A program made the translations under genes and the position numbers. Below, in pieces: positions 53,116 to 64,000 of a DNA stretch of 64,000 nt (within the stretch, counting starts at the first letter, position 1; every line of letters starts with the position of its first letter). Origin of the DNA: Perna viridis (taxonomy: Eukaryota); the NCBI GenBank assembly GCA_037379345.1, contig CM074517.1, positions 14,880,001 through 14,944,000 on the forward strand. Direction: 5' to 3'. Under the pieces are notes generated by a model. The model did no database searches. It was not told the DNA's origin and saw only the letters and a list, made by a program, of their open reading frames with translations.

Positions 53116-54799
53116 CTGCGCCGGAGGACATTGTATTGATCCGAAGTAATAACGAAAAATAAGCCTCCACACGATGTTTGCTTTCATGTGGGTTAGGGTC
53201 TTCAGGACAAATTCTATATAAACGTCAAATTTAGACATCTTTATGGTTTTGAAAATGTAACCACTGGATAGACAAAACAATGAAATTGTGTATTGTCTTG
53301 GAAAAAAAACTTTCGCAACAAAAAGACGACTGAGAAAAATCTAATTTTAACAAGTTTATGTGTTTTGTCTTAAATGATACTTGAATGCAGTAGCCGATTT
53401 TGTCTGTAAAATCTCTTAATCGGTTATTCAATCTGCAAAGAACATTTCCGTTCATTTTTGAAAAGAAATCCGGAAACATTAAGAAATCTCTGTAATGCCG
53501 TAATCCGCAACAAACATAAAATGATAGACTTCGTTGAATTTCTAAGGCCAGAAAATAAACACAAATATCAACTTGTCGAAAAACTCATCTATCAGATTTG
53601 TGGTTAATTAAATTTCCTGAATGGGGCGATTTTACGAAATAAACGAATTACAAGTATTTGTATTAATGAAGCTTGAAAAACACATTTACACTATAAACTG
53701 TCATTTTTGAGTGCACATTCTATTTCTTAGATTTGTTCCGCAAACAGAATGTCCAAATACTGAATAATGAAACTGCTTTTCTATCAAATTCTTCATTTTT
53801 GCAATTTGATTTATGTTCAACGGAAAAAATTATCAAAATGGAATTTTATTTAAATTTTCCATGGTAACCCGGTACTCAGTGACAAAACGTATTTAATTCT
53901 GCACAACATCTCGCCGTGGTAACTCAAAAGAAAATTAATTTTGTGATTTATTCCTATTTTCTTATTACAAATTTATAAGAAATGGCGAAAGTGGTTTGAA
54001 AGTGTTGTAAGTTCATCAAAAAGGTCTTCCCCGTGGATCTATGTAATATTACGGATAAGATTCGATCATAAATATCCGGAAAGTCATAAAACTGTCTTGG
54101 TGATCCGAGAAATTCATAAATTCATCTAATATTGGAAATTTGAATAATTTCAATATGTAAGCCTAGTAACTGTGGAGAAATAGAAGATAACAGTTATTTA
54201 TTTTTCTAAATTAACCTTCTCTAATGAAATAATGAAAATTAAAAGGAAAATGTTCCATTATAATATATGAGCAATCTCTTGACACAAAATTATCCATATC
54301 TGTTGTTTTACCGTCTTAAAGAAATATTTATTAGTTTTGCGAGTGTTAAAATAATATATGTTTGGAGTCCTTTTCCACTTTGTTTAATTGTCCATCAGAT
54401 ATAAGTAAAATGATATCCTTGAATATCCCCAGCCCTTTCTTACATAGAGGTGACTGTGTAATATAAACCAACGCAAGATAATTACAAGACAATGCGAAAT
54501 TTAAATCATTCTAATATCTCATCTTTTTGTTTGAGCAAAGATCAATATATAGCATGCAAATATTTTAGATTTTACAAATAATATGATATAATATGAAAAA
54601 AAAATATTTGTGACGTTAATTTATATTATTTTCTTCTATTGAGACATTTTATATTACTTAAAGAAAATAAAATATTAATCTACTAACTAACGACCATTGT
54701 ATTAAATACATAAAATCGTTTTTATTTTTCACTTGAATATTGTGAGGGTGTGATTCGGTCATCAGATCGACTTACTAATACGTCTTTTGTTATCCTCGT

Positions 54800-54952
54800 T
54801 TTGATTGGCTAATCGTACACTACTCTGATTTCTATGCAAATGATTTATTTTGGCCGACATCGAGTATGGACGAACACAAATCATAGGTTATTTTATTGTG
54901 TAAGGTCATGAAGTGAGTAAAATAAGAAAAATAAGTTGAAAATTGTGGAAAA
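54800..54952 (+). promoter_or_regulatory. Candidate Hox proximal promoter / 5' leader
   Basis: Inverted CCAAT box TGATTGGCT at 54802-54810, octamer ATGCAAAT at 54834-54841 overlapping TGATTTAT at 54841-54848, all within about 150 nt of the ATG. The TSS is unknown. Confidence 0.5.
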
Positions 54953-55466
54953 ATGAACTCCTATTATCCGGCATCGTTTTTCGCGCAGTATTCTTCTGAC
55001 AATCCTCATATGTCACATAATGTGGGCTATAATTCGAACAATTTTGGATTTTTAGCATCTCGTTTTGCAGATCAGTTATCGGCATATCATAACAATAATT
55101 TTAATTCCGAACACCATCGTTTGACAAACGGATATTCTGCGTATCACCATGACTCTCATTCAAGACAAAATTCGTCAGGAAATTCGAGCGAACACGGAGG
55201 TAGACAGAATTTCCAACCTCCCCCAGCGCATCAATCCGAGGACAATTTAGTGTCAAGATCCTTTAGTAATTGTAGTACAGAGAATTGGAGTCCACCACCC
55301 CACGGAGCTCAGTCTGGATCGCCAGATTCTTTACATAACAGTACCAGTCCATACTCCAACAATGCTGATTCCAACTGCCCTCTCATGTTACAGAAAAATT
55401 TAAAATCCGATCAGAGTTCAGGGAGTGAACCGTCAACGCCCTTTTATCCCTGGATGGGAATTGTTG
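54953..55466 (+). CDS. Lox2: Exon 1 of a central-class Hox gene, Lox2/Lox4 (Ubx/abd-A-related) group, most likely Lox2; homeobox exon not found in window
   Basis: The N-terminus MNSYY matches the Hox SSYF-type motif (Ubx MNSYF). The body is His/Ser/Asn/Pro-rich. The hexapeptide FYPWM is followed by GIV-G, interrupted by a canonical phase-1 donor G|GTGAGT at 55466/55467, the usual Hox intron position. The Hox exon call is strong (~0.95). Lox2 versus Lox4 rests on recalled hexapeptide context and needs the homeodomain. Confidence 0.85.
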
Positions 55467-58400
55467 GTGAGTAAGCAAATTCAGTGTATAAATTATTAAT
55501 TTTTTCTTTAATATTCAATTTTTACACTTTATAAATGTAACATTTCAAATAGTCTCAAGAAGACAGAATATAATTTTGATTAGGAGTCTATTTTCATTTG
55601 TTCATTTGAAATTTTTTGATGTTTTTGTATACATCATTTTAGTACAATAAACAAAAAAAAACAGAAACAAAAACAAAATTGTAATAAAATGTGTGTATTT
55701 TGGGGTTAAAATAATGCATAACACAATTTACAAAGTAAATAAACATTTTAAGCTTTATAGAAATACATTAATATTTTAGAGACTAAGTAAATTAAGCAGA
55801 CAGAAACATTTATTTATTAAGATAGATAAATCAACTCATACTCATGCATTAAAAACCTATATATTCACTTTATATTTCTCTCTAAACATACAACAAGGTT
55901 AACTGCGTACTAACTTGGTAGTGTGGTATTTAGACATCACTCGGGGTCAAATAAGTAAAGAAATTCTAGTCTCCCTTAGCTTGTAGATTTAGTCCTCTTC
56001 GAAATGATGAACGGGTTGTAAAAGGAACATAAAGTCCGATTAAATCGCCAGATAATTCTAGAGATAGTTTCACGTTAAGCAGAATGAAAATGGCATTTTA
56101 TTTATCTTTAATTACTTTCAATTATAGAAATTATGTCTAGTTTTATTGTAACTGAGGCGTTAGTATGATGGAATTGTGTATATTGAATGAATGTACAAAT
56201 TGTAGCTTTTATGTTAGATGCTTAAATTTTCGTTTTGCTGATTTTATTTCCTAAAATTAGAATAAAACACATAAATTTTATTTCCCGGCAAAAATGTGTT
56301 ATTTTTATGTGAGAAATTTTGAATGGCTTAAAGCAATATTGTTAATATTTATACGTATTTTATGTCTTATTATTACTATCTATAAAAAAAGTTGCTGTAC
56401 ATGATTTTTGTGAAAAATTCATGTGCGTTTTCAATACAAAACTAGTGCGAAATTATTGTTGTACATTTTAAAAAGCTTTAAAACTACGTACACTATTAAA
56501 TCCCAATGGATTAAGATTACTACTTATAAGAAACAATAAAAAATCGGGGTATAGTGAAACAGAGAGGAAAATGTAATATGCAAGATATATATATATATTT
56601 TTTTTTTAAATAAAAACGGTTTTATTTCTCTCTGCCCTAGACATGCATAACAAAAACAAAAAGTTATTCTAAAATTATATCCTTTCATGTTTAAAACGTG
56701 ACAATTTTTAAAAATGCAAGAGCACATAAAATTAAGGTAAAAAAAACATGAAAAATCAACACGTGTGAATGAAATATCATTTCTTTCCATTAAAATCTGA
56801 TCAGGAATTCTGTAAATAATATTTGATAGATTATGCTCTGTAAAGATCTATTTTTCAAAATAAACCTCCATTGTTTTGTTGTGACATGTTAACAAACTGA
56901 ATCAATTTAAAGTCATTTAGCAAATAAACATGTGAAATGCTGCGGAAAAAACGAATAGGTTACCACACTCGTATTAAAATGGCGACAGCCGATTGTCAAA
57001 TTCTAGAGAAAATGGAGAAAGAATTAATGCGCGTTGATGTCGGTTTATCGAACACCTAATTATTTGTGACTTTTTCACAATTAAAACTTCTACTTCGATC
57101 AATATTTTCCTCGAGTTACGTCGTGCTGTGGGTGAAAAAACGTAAGCTAGCACGAAACAGCTTGTTAAAATCTACAAGAAAGATATTATTAGAAATTCTG
57201 GTCTGTGTTTAAGCTTAAAATATTCACGATGTGCTCTCAGTGACATGCATTTGTGTATTTTGATCATGTTTTTGTATGTGCTCTTGCATTAATTATTTAA
57301 GGCCTTTTAAGTCCTCTGTAAAATCAAAAACACCCTTTCAATTAAAGATGGAAGGATGGCGTCAACATAAATATTTGGTCGAATAAAATGCATAAGATTA
57401 TTTTTTAACAAACACGCATGTAATGGACAAAAATCGGGCATATTAAAGCACCATTTATATCCACGGAAACAAAACTTTCATAATGTATTTTGGGGTTTTA
57501 TGTAAGGCACATATATCCAGGTTTGTAATTTGTCCCGATAAAAGTGAAAAGCAAGGGATATGAAGTTGTCCAAAAATCCATTGAGTTTCTTCCTATTAAT
57601 AACTGAAGGAATTTCTGCCTAGGCTTAACGTTTTATTCTTTGTTTTATCTAAAAAAAATAATTGGTTAATTCACACTTCTGATTACATCTATTAACGGGG
57701 CATGCATTTTTCAATGTATACTAAAGCACCTTCAAAATATTTTGTCAAATTCAATTTCAGACCAAAATAAACACAACTCTCATTTTCATAATTCAAACAA
57801 ATTGACTACAAAATGTCTAAACATAAAAATGGAAATAGACAAAAAATCTGTGTTACAATTTCTTATGGATTAAAGAGTGCCTTAGTTGAACAAGATCCAT
57901 TAAAGTGCCAAGATTGGGTATTATCAGATATAAATTTCACATGATATTAATTTAAACAAGATTTTATTTGAACAAAACCGTTAACAGATACGGAGATGGT
58001 TCCACGGGGGAAAATAAGACCATAAAAACTGAATATATTTTTTGTTAGGGGGAGATTTTTATGACAGACGTAAATTTGAACCTAATTAGATCAGCAGTTA
58101 CAAATTTATGGATATTTTTTAATAAATTAAATTTATTTGATGGCTCCAACACGTCAATGTAAATTTAATGGCTGAAATAATTAAATTTTTACACTTTAGT
58201 GACCCAATCTTTCTATAAATAATACAAGAAAACGTTTGTGTAGTTTTCACAATTAAATAAATGTTTGAAACGCTTTTACGCTTGAAAATACACATTTGAT
58301 AGCAATTAAGTAAATTGATTTTCTGCATGCTTCAAAGTAAAACATTTTTGAAATATTCATCTGTATTTCATATTTTTAAGATTGTTTCAGCTTGATATCA

Positions 58401-61400
58401 ATCACAATGGTGTATGTGGTCCCCACTTATTAAAAAAAAAATAATTGAATATACAAGACAACATTTTATATAACTTGTTTTCCTATAAAGTGATGCAGGA
58501 ACCCACAAGAATTTAATGTAAGTTTCACGTCTAAATACACAACTCATCCATTAATTATTATGTTAATTTCTACGTGGAATAAAATATTGTTTACCTCGAG
58601 AACACACCTGCGAAAAATATCATACTATAATTATAACCATTACATGCAAATGAAACTTCGAATTCACTCGACCGTGAAATATGTGTTCTTATATTTCTAT
58701 GACTGATTTATACCTTCAACACTAGTTTGAATAACAACATTACTCTAAAGTCAATAATTTAATGAAAATTAAAACCTCGTTTTTGTCAGTAATATAACAT
58801 TACAAAACCTATTTGAAGCGGATGAGTGCCCCCTTCTGGAGATATTGCATGATACAGAGAGGGAATTGTTGACTTGGAGGTTTTTGTACTTAATAGCACG
58901 CTGGGAGGAACAACAAACGTTTGTTTGCCCCATTAAGTAAAATATGTAAACACTGAATTGTACACACGAACACCCTGGTTAATTCTATACCATCTTACGG
59001 GGGTTAGTCTCCGAATGTAGGATTTCATGGTCGAACAAGATTATTGGCTGGTATTAGCTTTTTCCGGAGAAACTTAATCTTTAAATACAAGTTGTCGGTT
59101 GTTACGGTAAACTAAGCATTACTGGAATAGTATTCGAAATTCGATTTGAATTTCGAAAACATAGCATTGATATTCTATCTGGTAAAATGATACTTATTTC
59201 AATAAAAACGGATAATTGTAATACCCTTCGTTTGTATCGGGTTGGTGTCTTGTTTACGTGTTCGCACATCTAATTTGAATTTCAATGTGCAGTAAGCGAA
59301 AGAAGGGGTGTTGTTACTTGTATCCTTTCGAATGCACTATAGACAACATTTCAGAACATAATTAGGTTATAAAAACATTTTGGCAGTATTCCCCACTTTA
59401 AAGGACTTCAGATTGTATTTTGAAACTGCTGAAGGTATACATACAATTTGGTTTTAAAAGGCTTTTGAACAATTTTGTTTTGCTGCAGGCTTCGTACACA
59501 ATAAACATCTATACCGGTACTTCATATGGTTCATGAAAAGCATCATTTGAAAAAAATTATGGTTGTGTCTCATTCTTCATAGTTGTAGAAAAAATACTGT
59601 ACAAGATTTGCATACAGAGACCACTATGAAATACACAACTTTGTATATAACTAGCGAATTTGAAAAAAAAAGAAGCGCCAATGCAATAGTGGTACTATTT
59701 AATCCGAAAATGGCTTTTAAACTTATTAGGCGTCACCACATACCAGCAACGATTCCGGTAAAGAATCAAAAATATCCGGTTAGGTAATAAATGGGAGGCG
59801 AAACAAAATACCCACATTAATTCAGTATTCAATAATAGTTTATCAATAGAAGCTCACACTACCGCAGAAAATAAACAGAAATAATCTATTACAATGTTCC
59901 TATTGAAGGTGATACGATGTTTTATCGTAGCACAACCTGGCGAATCTATTGAATTTTTTGTTCAAATTTAAACGATCATGAACCTTTGAAGAAAATGACT
60001 GCGAAATCTTTCCGATAAAGTATTAGATTCCAATGGTCTTTTTCTAATCATGGTATCAAAGAGTAAACGTTAGAATACTTTGATATTTTCCAATTAGACT
60101 AAAATCGAAATGTTTATTCCCAAGATAAAAAGTTAAAATGAATGATTTAAGATCAGAGACAACCTGGGCATGGTTAATGGATGTAGAAAAAAGACAGTCT
60201 GTTTTGTCACGAAAAACCAATAATTTGGCACTGAAACGGTCTGTAAATGAAATCTTTATTTCTGGTGGGAAAAAAAAGTCGAAAAATACATACATAAATT
60301 TTAAAACTCAATTTCTATATACATTTACTAAACAGTGGCGGATCTAAAGGGTTCCATAAGTCAGAACTCGCCTTATACCGAAAAAAGGTTATTAATTTCG
60401 TGTAAAATTTTGGCAAGAATGAGGAATCATAGTTCAGTACCCCACTTTCTCCGGAATCCCTTCTTTTCAAATTATCTGTCATCGCCATTGCTACAGCGGT
60501 ATTTCCAAAAATATTCTTCTTCTCGATAACCATTACGAATAAGTTTTAACGCATGCAAACAGTAAGGCATATGGTTGAAATTGCCCCATCAAATTATTCC
60601 AAAGGTGGGTTAGTTTTAATTTGGTTTTTTTTAGGCATCAATAAAGCAATTGTGTAACAATATATTGACTTATTCAAACCAGTTTTATAACTGCTACATA
60701 TATAATTACTAGCATTAGTGAATGACGTTGATGTATTAATTTTTGAATCTATTGAATATTTCATTTTGGGTGACTTATTAGATAAACAAACAAGACCACA
60801 ATGAGTTGGCTTGTAAGTAGAAGGGGGATAACTGCCCAAGTTTAAGCACATAGGCGACTACCGAAATTCCACAAAACAAATTAGTACAACTACTGGAGAG
60901 AACATTCTGAAATTTATCTTTGAGTTCGGTTTTAAATGATCTTATATCCTCATCATTCATAAAACAGCACAATTTAAATAGTACAAATTAATCAATAGGC
61001 GAGACAAGGGGAAATTGAATTGAAAATAACATTGTAAAAAACAAACAAGCAAGTACAAATGTCCGCATTCGGAGAAGAAAGACGGGTGAACGTCCTTACT
61101 CATCCAACTTACAAGTTCTTGGAGTTCGTAACCTAAGTCTTTACCAGGGGCCATTTGAAGAACATGCTTATTTATGGTAAATATGCTCTGAAAAATGTGC
61201 CAAAATTAGTTCCTTGGTATAATATGAATCTTTCTATACTATAGTTCTGTTATCGTAGAATACAGACAACGTCAGTCATTGGTCACTTATATTCCAGTAT
61301 TGTTGTTACCAATCTTCTCTCTATGTTAGAGATACCTTTGAACACAGTATTGTGTCGTTTAAAACATTTTACTGGTAAAATTTTAATACGATAAAAATTT

Positions 61401-64000
61401 TATTATTCGATGATATATTCTGACCAGTTTTAATGTTACATAGACATCTAAACGTAGATTTTGTCTTCCATAGCATGCGTGTGATAATTGCTTTATATAC
61501 TAGGAAGAAGCTAAACTCAAGAAAATTTACACTTATCTTAACCCCTACTTTGTTTTGTCTACAGTAATAATATTTACACTTGCATGTACGAAAATTCTAA
61601 ATATTTCTTTGGACTCCCTTAATTGTAAGCTCAATTATGTTTCTATGTTGTAAGTTTTGACTACCTTTTAATGAAGGTTGCCAAATTAACATTGACTTGA
61701 CTTGTATATCACTTACAATTTATTCTTCCTTATTTAGACTTATGTTTATAAAGTGTTTTTAACGGAAACAAGTTTCTTTTTTTTCTTTGGGGTTAATGAA
61801 CGCCACACGAAAGACCCCCAGACAAAGAAAAAATGTCAAACTGACGGAACTAAACATAAAATTCAGCAATAATCGAAACAAACCAGTAACAATAACGTCT
61901 ACCACGGCGACTGTGCAGTATAAATCATAGAAACACAGTCCGCCATCTTAAATCATGTCGAGAGTCAACCCCCAACAATCCTGCCGCACTTGGCGGGCAA
62001 CCACAGGTATATAGAGAAGAAAACTCAGGATTATGACAGATTGTCACTAGTTGATTGATGACACCATCATTGATGTTCCATTTTGTACCGTTTTGTCATT
62101 ACCTGTTTGTTTTTACATGTAGGTAAAGGAGTTTTTTTTTTTTGCTTGCTTTGTGCATGTTCCTTGTCGCCATTTTACTAGGAGTTGTTTGAAATATTAG
62201 CCAATTGTACAAGATCTAGAATGTTCAGCTCTTTGGCTCTTCACTCTACTTCGTGTAAATTCTTTTTTATTAGCCTAAACTCCAAATCCTTCTTATTTTT
62301 CTATTTTTTAAAACATTGGTTTGAAGTCAAAACTATAGTAATGAAAACTCTTCTACAAATCGCGGTAAAAAAAACCGCCTTACTCATTCCCTCATAATTT
62401 GAAAACAGTTACATTTTGTGTGCTTCACGTATGATGATTATATTTTGAGATCCTCTCATATGTTCGCTAAATTCTTCTGTTGTATGATGCTGTTATCTTA
62501 AACGTTCACTTCCAGCATGGGCCGGTTGGAAAAAGGGGATGCGGGCCTCCTTTTGTTCGAAAGGTTTGGTTAAATATATAAATAAAAACTGAAAATCACT
62601 GGAGCGCCTCTTTTTCGGAATTTTTGGATTTACCACTGTCTTGTTTGGCGCTGCAAATTTTACATTTCACTTTCACTTCAAACTAAACATGAACATGCAT
62701 ATGTATATATCATTCTGTACTGAAGAAAACTTCGTTCCAGTATTTACAAATGAAATAAATCGGTGAAGATATACCGAAGGATTAAATGAGAGCCAATTTA
62801 GAAACCTTGATGTATACGACTTTACTGTCTTGTACATGCAACTCGACACATTTGTTTTCAATCTTCTATACCGACATCGCCTTGGAGTTATAGGCTTGCA
62901 CGTCAATTTTCCATTCTGTTCGCAACACTCCTGTTTTTTTTATTTTTCCCTTGTACATTGAATGCTTATGCGTTAAGTTGAGATGGATGAGCATTTTTAG
63001 ATGCTCCCATAGCATCTAATTTCTAACCAATGCCCTTGTCCTGTAAAAAAAACTTCAGTAGATAGTATAAATTCGATCGATCACATTTACAATTTTCAAG
63101 GACGGGGCATCAGTCAACAGACATAGACATGTAATTTATGGAAATTAGACTGGAATCAATGGTGTAGCATGACATATGTGCAAACAATCTTTTTTCATTA
63201 ATTAAAAAGTATTATTTCTTTTTGCCTCTACTAAAGGTATATATTGTTTCATTTCTCTGATGTCTTTTGGTACAATGGGATGGCAACGGCAATAACACAC
63301 TAGTACTACATTAAATCATGGCGGACATAAATTAACCCTTCCCGTTGATATGAAATGCAACCAACATAATAATTTCTATATTCAGCTCGCAGTTATTACA
63401 TGTATTCGCCTATTGATCTACGACAGTATATAGATTGTCATATGAATTATGACTTCATTTGCCTGAACTCCAATAACACGATAGCAATTATCGAAATTTT
63501 GTCGAGTAATATGTTGGCCGTTTGGTTTTGTAACTGTAGATGCTACCTTATTTTTTCATATTGTGTGTAGCTGTACCATCGCGTGCAGAGTTAGCTTACT
63601 TGTTCTCGGACTATTATGCCATTATAAGAACAGACGCTACCAATAGTCCCACGAGGAGTAGAATCAGACAAGGAACGGTATTGTTCAGAAAACAAAAATC
63701 ATTGTTTTATGTTATTGCATTGGAGTCGTCTGAACAAAAGCAATTCCATTATTTTCATATTTCAACGATTTTATTTTATGTATTTGAAAAAGTGAAATGA
63801 TGAGAGAAAATAATTTTAGGTAAAGTATAAACAAATGTTTTCGAAAAAATGGTAAAAACCTTCCATGATTTATTTTAATCCCATAAATGGCGCTTACTTG
63901 TCCTTCAACAAAACATCCTTGAACAATAAAAACTCATCATCAACGGGCATGGAAATGTATTGAAACTCGGAAATACTTGTAGACAACTAGTGTGGTCTTT
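55467..64000 (+). other. Hox intron 1 (more than 8.5 kb, continues beyond the window)
   Basis: Starts GTGAGT immediately after the hexapeptide codons. I saw no homeodomain-like sequence (RRRGRQTY, WFQNRR) in the downstream ORF track or by eye. Confidence 0.75.
58020..58171. promoter_or_regulatory. Intronic cluster of homeodomain/TALE sites
   Basis: CCATAAA at 58020, TTTATGA at 58058 overlapping TGACAG at 58062, CGTAAA at 58069, TAATTA at 58083, TTTATGG at 58105 and TTAATGG at 58165. Confidence 0.4.

Noticed and set aside
53180-53210. Minus-strand CTGAAGA...GAAA hammerhead-like boxes
   Set aside because: No stem II can form.
59133-59157. Short hairpin TTCGAAATTCG-ATT-TGAATTTCGAA or heat-shock element
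   Set aside because: Too short for a miRNA, GAA/TTC spacing does not fit the HSE, and it is plausible by chance.
63540-63800. NSPTRSRIRQ as a possible start of the homeobox exon
   Set aside because: No LELEKEF or WFQNRR follows; the similarity is coincidental.

Overview
This is very AT-rich eukaryotic DNA with no prokaryotic gene structure. Its repeat families and Hox signature suggest a lophotrochozoan, probably a mytilid-like bivalve (inference). The only convincing protein-coding feature is exon 1 of a central-class Hox gene on the + strand (54953-55466). It starts MNSYY and ends FYPWMGIV-G at a phase-1 GT donor, which fits the Lox2/Lox4 (UbdA) group, most likely Lox2; the homeobox exon was not found in the window. 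About 3.5 kb upstream, on the same strand, is a well-formed miR-10-family hairpin (mature about UUACCCUGUAGAACCGAGCGAGUG). The first 45 kb or so is a gene-poor intergenic stretch full of non-autonomous elements: Penelope-like RT/3'-tail remnants, a tRNA-SINE, MITEs, foldbacks, Helentron-like elements and local tandem duplications. Two structured-RNA candidates stand out among them. One is a minimal hammerhead-like motif at 16722-16757. The other is a retroposon at 30643-31145 (- strand) with no tRNA head, whose extreme 5' end can fold into an H-type pseudoknot followed by an internal-loop hairpin, a candidate unclassified self-processing RNA. Almost all other ORFs in the track look spurious. 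All family assignments come from by-eye pattern recognition; no database searches were run.
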